The notes: generated by a model from the sequence alone, not told the origin. DNA of 63,597 bases, filler included, from Dimorphilus gyrociliatus (GCA_904063045.1; 4 parts of 4 records of this genome joined end to end with filler, not necessarily neighbours in it); one strand, 5' to 3'. Numbered from the whole stretch's first letter, positions 1-11,551 are shown. Translations and numbers: made by a program.

Positions 1-1
1 C

Positions 2-1102
2 AATGTAAATGAAAATATTTTTAAGGAGACACTTCAAAATTGCTGCTCATTAGAAATTTTAGATTTTTCAAAGATTCTAAATAAGGGAAATCAATTTAAA
101 GTTATTTATGAAGTATTAAAATCATGTTGTAAGACTCTAAAAGAATTAAAGATGTCGGAATATAATTTAAATGAAGAAGAAGCGAATTTAATAGGGAATA
201 TACTTCGAAATTGCTGTTCATTAGAAATTATAGATTTATCCGGAAATAATGAAATGGGAAATGGATTAAAGAGAATTTGTTTTGAATTGGATTATTCTTG
301 TAAAACTTTAAAGGAAATAAAACTTTCCGGATGTAATCTAAATGATGACGAAGCTGACATTCTCGGATCAACAATTCAGAATTGCTTTTCATTGGAAAGT
401 ATAGATTTATCTAAGAATAAACAATTAGGAGATGGGCTAAAAAGTATCTATATAGGACTAGAGTCATCTTGCGATTGCTTAAAACATATCAATCTTGCTG
501 AATGTAATTTAGGTGAAGAAGCAGGAAAAATTTTGGCTAATATGTTCAATGATTTCTTTTCATTAGAGAGTATAGATTTCTCAGGAAATTTAGAATTGAG
601 TTCAGTATTGAGACAATTTTCTCAAAATGAATATAATTTTAACATCAATTTGAGAAATGTCAATCTTTCTGGATGTAATTTAAAAGAAGAAACTGGAAAT
701 ATTCTTGAATATCTATTAATAGATTATAGATTAAAAACTCTTAATCTTTCAAACAATAAAGAAATTGGAAAAGGTTATCAATCAATTTGTAAAGGATTGA
801 TTTTTTCTCAATTCTTTTTAAAAGAAGTTAGATTTCGACAATGTGATCTAACTGAGGAGCAAGGAAATTCTATTGCAATGCTATTCTCCCATTGTCGCTC
901 ACTAGAAATTGTAGATTTATCTGGCAACAATAAATTAGGAAATGGATTTCAAAATATTTGTTCTGGATTACAATACTCTCTTACAACTTTAAAGCAAATT
1001 GATCTTAGTGATTGTAATCTAAATGAGCAACAAATTCATCATTTCAAAACTTCATTTAACAATTGCTCTTCCCTAGAAATTCTTATGAATAAAAACTCTT
1101 GA
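2..1102 (+). CDS. RNase-inhibitor-like (RNI/NLRC3-type) leucine-rich repeat protein, 5'-partial
   Basis: The frame is open from position 2 (NVNENIFKETLQNCCSLEILDFS...) into ORF 152-1102. Alternating 28/29-aa LRRs, e.g. LKEIKLSGCNLNDDEADILGSTIQNCFS / LESIDLSKNKQLGDGLKSIYIGLESSCDC. Intronless. Confidence 0.85.
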   Translation, partial: NVNENIFKETLQNCCSLEILDFSKILNKGNQFKVIYEVLKSCCKTLKELKMSEYNLNEEEANLIGNILRNCCSLEIIDLSGNNEMGNGLKRICFELDYSCKTLKEIKLSGCNLNDDEADILGSTIQNCFSLESIDLSKNKQLGDGLKSIYIGLESSCDCLKHINLAECNLGEEAGKILANMFNDFFSLESIDFSGNLELSSVLRQFSQNEYNFNINLRNVNLSGCNLKEETGNILEYLLIDYRLKTLNLSNNKEIGKGYQSICKGLIFSQFFLKEVRFRQCDLTEEQGNSIAMLFSHCRSLEIVDLSGNNKLGNGFQNICSGLQYSLTTLKQIDLSDCNLNEQQIHHFKTSFNNCSSLEILMNKNS

Positions 1103-1412
1103 TTTATTTTCCAGAAACTGGTACAAACTATGAAAATTATTGATGTGTTAAATTATTTCTTATTAAATGTATGACTATTTTCTAATTTATGAATAAAACA
1201 AATCTTCAACCATCTGTTTTAAAATGTGAGACTGATCAAATTTGAGAGCTAGTTAGCATACAATATAGCCCTATAAACAACTATATACAAAAGCACAGAT
1301 AAGATAGAATTATCAAGGAATTTTATATCAGCAATTATATTCAATACATTGGCATAACAGAGAGAGAAAATATTACAGTTTTTCATGGTTGATTATCTAT
1401 TTTTCTTGAGAA

Positions 1413-3221
1413 TTATGTATATTTCCGGTAGTTTTTTAAAATTTCTATAAGAATGTTCAAATTCTCACTATCAAGTTTACATTGGCAAAATGTAATTCTT
1501 CTATGACTCTGTGGTAATTTTCCTAACTCTCTGCATTTCTCCTGAAACTTTGGATTAATTAGGTCAAAGAGATCAAAATCTATTATTGAAACATTTGTGC
1601 AACTTGTCAAAAATTCCCCTAACTGAAATGCTTCTGGAGAAACAAAATCACATTCCTTAAAGTAGAGTTCTAATTTTTGATTTGATGATTTCAATCCTTG
1701 AAGAATTATTTCAAGAGATCGACGAACAGCATAATTGTCATTAAAGATTAATACTTTCAAAGATTTACAATATCCCAGTGCATAACCTAGTGCTTTACCT
1801 TGCGAAGCATCCGATAAACAATCTGAAAGATTAAGAATTTCCAGTTTCTTAGATGATACTTCTATTGCTTCACAAATGGAAAAAAATCCTTTTTCCATAG
1901 TTTTATTTGATTTCAAATTAATATTTTGAATATTTGAGCAATTTCTGAGTAAAATTCCTAGATAATTGGCATCCTCTTCATTTAATTTACAAGATTCAAA
2001 ACTTAATTTTCTCAAAGAATTTGATGATGATTTCAAACCATTAAAAATATTTTTGTATCCATTCATTAATCCTTTATTATAATCCAAAGAAAACTTTCTA
2101 ATACTATGGCAACATAATAATGATTCTGCAAGACACAAAGCTTGACTATTATTTAACGAACAATTGGAAAGGTCAAGTTCACTTAAATCTTTTAAAGAGA
2201 CTTTAATACTCTTGCAAATATCAATAAATCCTTCTTTCATATTGAAACTTTTTGCTATATTTAAATTCTGTATATTTTGACAATCTGTAATTAATTTAGC
2301 CAAACATTTCGATTGATTTGAATCTAAAGAACAATTGTTAAATTGCAAATTTTCCAATGTTTTAGACGACGAAGGTAGTCCAATACAAATTTCATTAAAT
2401 CCTTTTTGCATTAGCTGATTAAAGGCTAGATTTATAAATTTTAAAACTGTAATATATTTCAATATTTTCCCTAAACTTTCAGCCTGTTTCTCATTTATAT
2501 TTAAATTGCTTAAATTCAGTTGTACAAGTGAATGACTAAGACATTTTAAACCATTAAATATACTTTCTGAAACATTTCTCTTGGATTTATGAAATCCAAG
2601 ACCTATTGCATTAAGATTTGGACATTTTTCCAATAAATTTTCCAAAATATTTCCATACTCATATTTCATAGAAACTCCTTGAATTTTAACTTCCTTTAAA
2701 GAACATTTACCAGTTAATCTCTTACAAATTAATTCCATAATATCAACAGAATGATCAAAACATTCCATTTTAAATATCTCCAATGATTGAAATTCCATAA
2801 TTAAATCAGCAAGTATGTCAATTGAATTTCTAGAAGTTTTACAATTTTTTATTGTCAACTCTTTTAATGTTTTTGAACATGTTTTCAATTCATTTAAAAG
2901 AGATTTCAATGTTTTACTTTTATGAATAAAATCAACTATTTCTATTTTTTGCAATGGTTGATTTCTTAGAAAAGTAAAATTTGTTACGTATTCTATCGAT
3001 TCGCTTTCTAAGCAGATTGTTCTCAATTGCACAATATCTGCAGAGAAAATGTGTAATTTCTCATTTGTAATAATTTCTCCACATATCAGCAAATAATTGA
3101 AAATTAATTCACCAACTTTGCTAGGCAATAAAAAACTATTCAACTCGCAGAATCCTTTCAAAATATCTAAATTCTTTACTATCTTCTCCAAAACCAAGAT
3201 TTCTAAGGAAGAGACTCCCAT
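1413..3221 (-). CDS. RNI-like LRR protein, 602 aa, with BC-box/Cul2-box-like N-terminus
   Basis: Intact intronless ORF with the same 57-aa doublet LRRs. The N-terminus SSLEILVLEKIVKNL...LPSKVGELIFNYL resembles an Elongin BC-box plus cullin box. Confidence 0.85.
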   Translation of the reverse strand: MGVSSLEILVLEKIVKNLDILKGFCELNSFLLPSKVGELIFNYLLICGEIITNEKLHIFSADIVQLRTICLESESIEYVTNFTFLRNQPLQKIEIVDFIHKSKTLKSLLNELKTCSKTLKELTIKNCKTSRNSIDILADLIMEFQSLEIFKMECFDHSVDIMELICKRLTGKCSLKEVKIQGVSMKYEYGNILENLLEKCPNLNAIGLGFHKSKRNVSESIFNGLKCLSHSLVQLNLSNLNINEKQAESLGKILKYITVLKFINLAFNQLMQKGFNEICIGLPSSSKTLENLQFNNCSLDSNQSKCLAKLITDCQNIQNLNIAKSFNMKEGFIDICKSIKVSLKDLSELDLSNCSLNNSQALCLAESLLCCHSIRKFSLDYNKGLMNGYKNIFNGLKSSSNSLRKLSFESCKLNEEDANYLGILLRNCSNIQNINLKSNKTMEKGFFSICEAIEVSSKKLEILNLSDCLSDASQGKALGYALGYCKSLKVLIFNDNYAVRRSLEIILQGLKSSNQKLELYFKECDFVSPEAFQLGEFLTSCTNVSIIDFDLFDLINPKFQEKCRELGKLPQSHRRITFCQCKLDSENLNILIEILKNYRKYT

Positions 3222-3626
3222 ATCTGTGGACTATGCAATTGGAATACTTTTCATTTTAATAGTTCCGATATAAATAGTTTTAATGATTAACAGACAGGCT
3301 ACAATCAAATTTGAAATTATGCATTTATCATCATTTATTACACGCCTGTTTTTCTATCAAAACAATTTTAGCTTCAATTACTAAAATGACTTATAGTAAG
3401 ATAGTGTACGTAACGCCATCTAGAGGGTAATATAACTATTTCTATATTATGTTTCTAGTACTCAGTTTTATCTAGAATCAGACACATTTATTTTTTGTCA
3501 TTACCATTGAAATACTAGTTGTACTGTTTATTTTATTGAACAATTTTGAACGATATAGCAATTTATTTAAAAACAGTTGATCATTTATTCACTTTTTTTA
3601 AAGAACGCGTGAAAAATAGAGAAGTT

Positions 3627-4271
3627 ATGATTTATTTAATCTGTGGATTATTTTTAATTGGTAAAACTCTAAATTTTCAATTGTCTTTTTTTCATTTTTT
3701 AACTATTTTATACTAAATCAGATACTACTCTGTCGAGACAACCTTTCTTTACTAAAGATTCAGAGACAATTATTCTCTTTGATTGGTATAATTCGACAGA
3801 AACGAGTTCAATACCGCAAGGATCAACCATCTATGTTCAAGGTGGTAAAGGAAAATTTGGTACAATTGTAGGAAATACTGCAAAGTTTGTAAATGATGGT
3901 TCAATATACTTTGAAGAAGCCGATCATATGAAAGTAATCTATTCCCTTTATTATTTAATATTAATTGAAAAAAGTTCATATTAATCTTTATTCATATCTA
4001 GATTTTACATGATAGTGATTTTGAAGAAACATTCAGAGATTTTACTTGTGAAATAATCTTTAAAATGTCACCAAACGTGACAGAACATGTCAATACTTTT
4101 CATAAATTGTATCAAGTATCAATTAAAATTTCACCTGGAGGTATTGGTTTAGTTCATGTAGGTTCAACAGTCTTTGAAGCCATTAATATAGACTCTTTTA
4201 ATGTAAATGAAATGGCATATTTTGCATTTGTTTACAAAACTCCTTACCAGAATTTTCAGTATTCTGAATAA
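3627..4271 (+). CDS. Secreted concanavalin-A/LamG-like domain protein, spliced; 3' end uncertain or disrupted
   Basis: Exons 3627-3660, 3722-3933 and 4002-4271 join in frame across GT-AG introns of 61 and 68 nt: MIYLICGLFLIDTTLSRQPFF...GKGKFGTIVGNTAKF...FTCEIIFK. This gives a signal peptide and the GKFG..A.F...FT.E pattern of LamG-like jellyrolls. Confidence 0.55.
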
Positions 4272-4342
4272 AATTGAGTTGTAAATGAAAATAATATTAG
4301 CACATTTTCATTCTTGTTTAACAGAAGGGATTGTTATATTCA

Positions 4343-4509
4343 GGGGATGAGACAAAACGGGATCTAGACAAACATTCAAAAAGATATGTGATACAGTTTA
4401 GGACTTATTAAAGGGCTTTATCATCGAGACAAAGGGTCCACTAAGATTGAAGTTTAGGTTCTACGTTAAGATCTTTCCGATACTGGATAAAACGTTTTGT
4501 TTCGACCAC
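4343..4509. mobile_element. MITE-like element, ~167 bp
   Basis: Imperfect TIRs GGGGATGAGACAAAACG (4343-4359) and CGTTTTGTTTCGACCAC (4493-4509). Related ends occur at 8126-8147 and 8372-8393. No TSD resolved. Confidence 0.5.
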
Positions 4510-4918
4510 AGGGCTTTTGTAAGATTATGGACAAAAAAGGCAAAATTGCCAACGTTTTATTACCTTTACAAAAAATAAGCCGATGGTATGAAACATTTCT
4601 CTGAGTACTGTATATTTGTATTTTGTTTGAGCAGGGTCTCTTATGCTTTCTGTCCATTTAATGCAACAATTTATTAGAATAATCAATTTGGTAAACAAAA
4701 AAAGGTAAATGGAATAAAGATTTTAAAGTTAAATACTTATTATAGTACTCAAAATCACAATTAAAAAGAGTGAAAAGAGAGATTTACTGGCGGATTAACT
4801 GATAATACTCAATTTCTTTACGCCTATAATAGTTGTCCGTCATAATATTTACACAGGTTTCTATTGGTTACCACTACGCTGTACAGATTAAGTTTTCATT
4901 GTAATATAGTGTTTTAAC

Positions 4919-6118
4919 ATGGTAAATGGATTGAAATCGATTTGCGAAGCATTTAAAGCGTTTATTTTTACTTTAAAAGAAATAAATATAATTAAATGCA
5001 AGTTAAATGAAGAAAACGCAAAATATTTCGCCCAAGTAATTGAGCAATGCTCTTCGTTGGAAAATATTACTTTATCTCGTAATGAAGATACGGGAAATGG
5101 ATTTAAAATAGTTTGTCAAAGTCTTAAATTCTCTTCAAACACTTTAAAACAATTGAATTTTACTTGGTGTGAATTAAATGATAATAAAGCAAAATGTCTG
5201 GGTGAAGTATTGAAACATTGTTCTTCGTTAGAAAACGTTGTTCTCTCTTATAACTTTGAGATGGGAAAGGGATTTAAAATGATCTGCAAAGGGTTGAAGT
5301 GTTCTTCGAAAACAATAAAACAAATTCATGTAAGCGACTGTAATATATTTGAAGAGTCAGCAAAATATCTTGGAGAAACATTTCAATTTTGTTCTTCATT
5401 GGAAAATGTTGACATATCTCACAATCATGATATGGGAAATGGATTTAACTCAATCTTTGAAGGACTTAAATCGTCTTCTAACACTCTGAAAATGATTAAC
5501 TTGAGCACATGCTATTTAAATGAAGAGCATGTTAAATGTCTAGTAGAAACAATTCAACTTTGTCCTTCATTAACAGATATTGATTTGTCATATAATTTTG
5601 ATATGAAGAATGGATTTAAAACGATTTGCGAAGGACTCAAATCATCTGCAAATACTTTGAGATGTATCAATTTAAAATCGTGCAATTTGAGTGATAAACA
5701 TGCAAAACATCTAGGAGAAACGCTACATTATTGCTCTATAATAGAAAAAATTCAATTGGATTGAAATAAAGAGATGAGAAGTGGATTTAAAATGATTTGT
5801 GAAGGACTTCAATTATCTTTTAACACTTTAATCGAAATTCATTTAAAATCGTGTAATCTTTATGAAGAACAAGCAAAAATTTTAGGAGAGATGTTCCATT
5901 ACTGCTCTTCCTTGGAATATGTTGATATATCTTATAATAAAAGAATGGGTGACGATGGATTTAAAGCGATTTGTCAAGGACTTAAAACCTCTTCAAAATC
6001 TTTAAAAGATATCAACGTCCATTGCTGTAGTCTATATAATAAACAAATTGAATATCTACAAGATTTAAACCAGAATTGTAGTTCTCATTTAAAATTCCAT
6101 ACTACAACTTTATTTTAA
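4919..6118 (+). pseudogene. RNI-like LRR gene interrupted by one in-frame TGA
   Basis: ORFs 4919-5764 and 5774-6118 are in the same frame. The junction reads IQLD*NKEMRSGF, matching the repeat consensus IDLSxNxxMGNGF. TGA is at 5762-5764. Confidence 0.8.
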
Positions 6119-6600
6119 AATAAAAATTTCTAGATCATAGAAAACAACAAACATTGATTGGTGCTCAGTGGGATGATGAGAGACAATAGAAAAGATGAAA
6201 ATTGAAATTAATTCAGAAAGTATCACTCAAAAACTCATAAAGATATGCAGGAAACAATAGGGAGTGTTTGAAAGGAAGATGGGCGAAGATTTCTTTTACC
6301 TTTCATTCATCTTAGTCGCAAAAGAAGACAAGTAGTTATCTTGTACGCCTCTTAAATTATTGTTCTAATATTAGAACATAAAACGCCCATAATGTCTGTT
6401 TGAAATGTCTATTTTATAATCACACTGTTTTTAGTGTAAATGTCAGTTATATTTATTTAACAAAAGTTTTAATATAAAAAGACAAAAACAAAGAAAAAAG
6501 ATTAGAGATGAAAAAAGAATCTTTTGAAGTATAGAATATAAATAGTTTACTACTCTATCATTTATTGTCCTTCTCCTTCAAAAGAACAAACACAGCAGCA

Positions 6601-7667
6601 ATGAACAAGACAACTAATGAAATGATAAACAACAGCAACAATAATACTAATACTAATGATAATGAAGAAATATTAACAATGATTAATGATTTATTTCCAA
6701 TTCTTACATTGATTTTATCAATTGTCATGGGAATTCCATTGAATTTTTTATCAGTTATTACAATTGTAAAAAGTAAATTGAAGAATTTAACTCTTTTCAG
6801 ATATATTGCAGTTGTTTCTGCTGCTGATACGATGGTATCAATAGCATTATTTTTCGATTCAATAATACAAATTAATATAAAATCTGTGAATGAAACAATA
6901 TTTTTATGGCTTGGTTGTAAATTTTATTTATATATATATCATTTACTTTTGCCCAAATATCATCATTGTTGCTAATTGCTGTCACATTTGATCGTTTTTT
7001 ATGTATTGCTTTTCCAACAAGAGCGAAATTATGGTCAACCAGGAGAGTTTTTCTTGTAGTCGCAACAATTATTTGCATTTGTGCTACAACAATTGATATT
7101 CCTTTGATTTTATCTCAAAATCGAGTGATAAGAGTTTCTCCAAAACAAATGTTTTGCATAATGGATAGAACATTTCCTCATCTTGAAAAATTTTCAATAA
7201 TCATAAATTGCATGTATAGTGTAGTTCCGTGTATCATTATGATACTTTTAAACATTCTAATTATCTATAAATTACGACAACATATAATGAAAATGCAAGG
7301 TATTGGCGGTGAGAAACGTGTTAAAGATTTACAATCGTCAACCACAAAATTAACTATTCTATCTCTTCTCTTATCAATATCTTTTATTATAACAACTTTT
7401 CCACTTGTCTGTTGGAATCTCTTACTTATCCATGGCCTGAAAATCTCTCCTTCATCTGTAAACATAATCCTAGTACCCAAAATATTGGAAACTTTAGCTC
7501 ATATAAATAATATGGGTAATTGTATATTTTATTGTCTATGTGGTGAAACGTTCAAAAAAGAATTTTTAAAGATTATTGGCTGTTCAAAATTCATCGATAA
7601 AACAGCAACAACCTCTCAAGCAAGACCATCAAAGATGACAGAAATGTCAAAAGTAGAACAGCATTAA
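6601..7667 (+). pseudogene. Rhodopsin-class (class A, peptide-receptor-like) GPCR with a frameshift in TM3
   Basis: TM1-TM2 (GIPLN, SAAD) lie in ORF 6565-6975, and TFDRF...TM7 (GNCIFYCLCG) lie in ORF 6966-7667. Removing one TA unit at 6929-6939 gives GCKFYLYISFTFAQISSLLLIAVTFDRF. Confidence 0.85.
6929..6939. repeat. (TA)5T microsatellite at the GPCR frameshift
   Basis: TATATATATAT lies exactly in the interval where the two GPCR frames must switch. Confidence 0.85.
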
Positions 7668-8094
7668 AGAAACAAAGAGATACGCAAATATAAAGGGACA
7701 CACTATATGTAAGGACAGTACTTATGTCAAGATGAAAGATTTTAGTCTATCTATTAAATCTGTCAAACTCTGCCTGTGATGTAATAAACTCATTGTTTTT
7801 ATTATGATGTTGTGAAATTGAAAGGAAAGAGGTGAAGTCATATTAGAAAACAAAGTTTCAGGAACTTGAACAAGGTGAATTCGATTTATACTAAAGGTTG
7901 TAGGTGTCTTTTTGTTCAGTGTATTTACAATGTTTAGACTTCATCTGCAAAATTCACTTTAAAATGATTTCTGTTGTCTAAAAGATTCAAAATTACTTTT
8001 GCCTTGTTTCAGTGTTGCTATAAATACTTTTATTCTCATGTAACAATATTTGTTGTTCATAGATAAAGAATTTAAATCAAAAAATAAAATAAAA

Positions 8095-8490
8095 GCCCCA
8101 AACCTAACCCTAAACTTTATCCTGAGGGGACGTTTTGTCTCGACCCCGATATTTACTAAGGGTAGAAAGGAAATTGAGTGGAAATTGAAAGAAGATTTTT
8201 CTATCAGTAAAATGTCATGAATAGGTTCAATCCAACTTTTAATAACTTTTGCTACAAAACTTCAATTAGTATTTGTTTGAAAAAGTTTGTAATGATATAG
8301 ATGTCACTACTATATCTGTTTTATTTAGAATTATGAAAAATTAAAATTAATTAATTGTTTGCAAATGCTTCGTGGTCGACAAAAAACGTCCACAAGTGAT
8401 AGATTTCAAGACAAGATTCACATTGAAAAGTGGTTAGGAAAAGGAAGACAGCAAGTGATTTGTAGTTAGAAGGGTCAAATCTTAAGATTA
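8095..8490. mobile_element. Two back-to-back partial MITEs with telomere-like CCTAA/TTAGG units
   Basis: GGGGACGTTTTGTCTCGACCCC (8126-8147) is preceded by CCTAACCCTAAA. Its near reverse complement GTGGTCGACAAAAAACGTCCAC (8372-8393) is followed by GGTTAGG-like units. Confidence 0.45.
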
Positions 8491-9431
8491 AGATAAAAAA
8501 TCTTCCTGTACACTTATGAACAATAGTTAACAGAGATTATATAAATTCTGCTTACTATATAGTAGAAGTGTTGAAGTAAATGTTGTCTCCAGGGTAAATG
8601 GCGCCGAACAATTCTTATCTGGGTTTAGACCCTTATTGTTGACACCTAAGACATAAACAACTGATAAGTAATTGTATAAAAGGCAGGGAGTAAGTAGTAA
8701 GAGGCATTCAGTGCTGAATGAACCCTCTTAGTGAACAGGTCTAGTAATACTTTAGAATACATATATAGGTTCTATATTCTACATCTCTCTTTTAAATGGG
8801 TTACTCCTAGTTTGATTCTATTTGGACCAGTACTTACCTACAACCCCCCCCCCCAGGAGAAGAATGAGAAAGATTGTTGTGAAAGTCATTATTTTTGTAA
8901 AATTAAAAGAAACAAATTCAGTAAGGAAGACTATGTTGGTTAAGTCTATAAACTATTTTTAGTAAAGCGACTTAATGTTTGCTTATAGCAACAACAAATA
9001 GATTGTTTATTTTCTCAAAAGATTATCCTAGATTATGCTTTTATCTATTTACCAATCCCAAAAATAACCTATTAAGAGGTATAAGCATAGAGAAAGAGTA
9101 TTTTACTTTATGGACACCACCATACACTTAATTTGGAAATATATTTATTTAGTTTTCACCAATAGCAATAATTGATTTTTTCTATTATTGAATTGGAAAT
9201 TATCAAGAGAAAAATAACAAAGTAAAATATCGGATTTGGCAATAAACACAATTGTATTTCACTACATCTGCTGGAAAATTATACAGAGACCTTTCTCTTA
9301 TTATTTCTATTGAATTTTCAGTTATTTATTGATTAGAAGAAAAACAGACAATACTGTAATATATAGATGGCTATCCTTCTTGAGAAAATATAGCCTATTG
9401 ACCACATGATTTACTCTATCACGAAAATATT

Positions 9432-10913
9432 ATGGATAAAGGTTTTAAAGCAATTTGCGAAGGACTAAAATGTTCCAATACTTTACAACAGATCAATATA
9501 CTTTCTTGCAAATTAAATGAAAAGAATGCTGAATATTTAGGAGAGTTGATTCCAATGTGTTGCTCATTGGAAAAAATCGATTTATCCGATAGTAGAGGCA
9601 TGGGTAATGGATTTAAAATGATTTGTGAAGGATTGAAATCACGTTCTAAAACTTTAAAGGAAATTAATGTAGGTTGGTGTGATTTAAATGATGAACAAGC
9701 AAATTATTTAGGTGAAACTCTTAGATATTGTTCTACAATTGAAACTATTATTTGGTCTCATAATCAGAGAATGGGACACGGTTTTAAAATTCTTAGAGAA
9801 GCATTTAAATCCAATCCATATGTTACTTTTGACGAAAATAGAAAGGCTTTTAAAAAATTTAATGATGAACAAGCGAAATATTTTAGAGAAGAAGTTCAAG
9901 ATAATTTTCAAGAAAAAAATAAAAATGGTTTTAAAATGATTTGCGAAGGTTTAAAGTCATCTTCAAATACTTTAAAACAGCTTGATGTAGGTTCATGCAG
10001 TTTGAATTATACGGAAGCGAAATATTTAGGTGAAACAATTCAACATTTCTCATTTCTTCAAACAATAAATTTATCTGATAATAAAAGAATGGAAAATGGT
10101 TTTAAAACAATTTGCGAAGGTCTAAAATCATTATCAAACAATTTAAAAGAAATTAATATAAGCTCTTGCAGTTTAGATGAAGAACAGGCAAAATGTCTTG
10201 GAGGAATGTTTCAATATTGTTCTCTTATAACAATTGTCAATTTATCAAATAATAAAAAAATGGGAAAAGGTTTTAATACAATTTGCCAAGGACTTCAAAC
10301 ATCAACAAGAACTTTAAAAGAAATTAGTGTTGAGCAATGTTACTTAAATAGTCAACAAGGTGAATATTTAGGACAAGTTTTACAAGATTGCAAATCATTG
10401 GAATATATTAATTTATGTTGTAATACAAAAATGGGTATTGGACTTGATAAAATTTTTAAAGGACTTCAAAATTCATTTAACACTCTAGTTGAAATTAATG
10501 TTGGCTGGTGTAATTTAAATGATGAACAGGCAATATATTTAGGTAAAGCATTCCAGGATTTTTCTCTAATGGAAAATGTTCATTTATCTTATAATAAAAG
10601 AATGGGCATTGGTTTTAATACGATTTGTAAAGGATTATTGAAATCTTCCACATCTTTAAAACGAATTAGCGTAGATCATTGTAATTTAAATGATGAACAA
10701 TTAGAACATTTGGCAGAAACTTTTCAATATTGTTCATCTTTGGAAATTGTTAATCTATCTAGTAATGAAAGAGTAAAAAATAATTTTAATATGATTTTTC
10801 AAGGACTTCAAACTTCTTCTAAAAAATTAAAAGAGATTAACACAAGTTGGTGTAATATTACTACTCAACAGAAACAATATTTAAGGAAAATGTTCTCAAA
10901 TATTCTTCTTTAA
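9432..10913 (+). CDS. RNI-like LRR protein, 493 aa; starts mid-repeat, with a decayed 5' region upstream
   Basis: About eight 57-aa doublets (NGFKMICEGLKSSSNTLK). Stop-riddled sequence at ~8950-9430 weakly resembles the N-terminal half of the 1413-3221 paralogue. Confidence 0.8.
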   Translation: MDKGFKAICEGLKCSNTLQQINILSCKLNEKNAEYLGELIPMCCSLEKIDLSDSRGMGNGFKMICEGLKSRSKTLKEINVGWCDLNDEQANYLGETLRYCSTIETIIWSHNQRMGHGFKILREAFKSNPYVTFDENRKAFKKFNDEQAKYFREEVQDNFQEKNKNGFKMICEGLKSSSNTLKQLDVGSCSLNYTEAKYLGETIQHFSFLQTINLSDNKRMENGFKTICEGLKSLSNNLKEINISSCSLDEEQAKCLGGMFQYCSLITIVNLSNNKKMGKGFNTICQGLQTSTRTLKEISVEQCYLNSQQGEYLGQVLQDCKSLEYINLCCNTKMGIGLDKIFKGLQNSFNTLVEINVGWCNLNDEQAIYLGKAFQDFSLMENVHLSYNKRMGIGFNTICKGLLKSSTSLKRISVDHCNLNDEQLEHLAETFQYCSSLEIVNLSSNERVKNNFNMIFQGLQTSSKKLKEINTSWCNITTQQKQYLRKMFSNILL

Positions 10914-10929
10914 AATGACAAATGCTATT

Positions 10930-11146
10930 GAGATGCGACTGAAAACGGCCCCAAAAAGCATGGTTTTACCCTAACCCTAAACCATCCTTTATGTATCCCT
11001 AACCTTTTTCATTATCCCTAACCCTTAGATGACCCCTCCCCCTCCTTCTAACGACAAATCAATAAATGCTTTTTTCCTCTGAATTATTTCCCAACCCAAA
11101 ATACTGCCTTCAAATAACCTACTTGGGGCCGTTTTCTGTTGATCCC
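10930..11146. mobile_element. MITE with internal telomere-like repeats
   Basis: Perfect 14-bp inverted repeat GAAAACGGCCCCAA (10941-10954) / TTGGGGCCGTTTTC (11123-11136), extending imperfectly to ~25 bp. Internal CCCTAACCCTAA and CCCTAACC units. Confidence 0.65.
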
Positions 11147-11249
11147 ATGCAATTGGTGTTGATAAATTACAAAAAAAACTTTATTCTTTATTTTTTTTAA
11201 TTTTTGCAGTTGCTAATAAATATTATAAAAATTTATTATCTATCAATCA

Positions 11250-11461
11250 ATCACGTGATATGTCAAGAATATTAATATCTTTCCAACTTGAAATGTAAAT
11301 CTTTTTGTTAATGTAATATTCCAGAATATTATTCAAATTCATTATCGCTCAAACGATCAATGCACTCTTTCATGTAGGCCTAAATTAATACTTGAATATC
11401 TAAGACAAACTAGATGTCGATAATGGCCTAAAGCAGCATTAATACTATTACTCACGTGAGT
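11250..11461. promoter_or_regulatory. Two extended E-box (TCACGTGA) palindromes upstream of the orphan ORF
   Basis: ATCACGTGAT at 11250-11259 and ACTCACGTGAGT at 11450-11461, in AT-rich, CpG-poor DNA. Confidence 0.3.
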
Positions 11462-11551
11462 GAATATTGCTGAAATACAATACTATGTTGTTGCTAGTTG
11501 TTTTGAAATATTCAGCTGACCTAATCTTTTAGTATTTTCCGACATTTTGAT

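Noticed and set aside
5762-5764. Alternative genetic code (TGA = Trp) in segment 1
   Set aside because: Trp is encoded by TGG in neighbouring genes, long ORFs are otherwise free of TGA, and TGA ends the 2-1102 ORF.
8580-8950. Solo LTR (TGTTG start, TATAAAA, C-run)
   Set aside because: No matching terminal CA with TSD, and no second copy in the window.
10968-11030. True telomere or chromosome end
   Set aside because: Only a few degenerate CCCTAA units, internal to a TIR pair, with genes on both sides.
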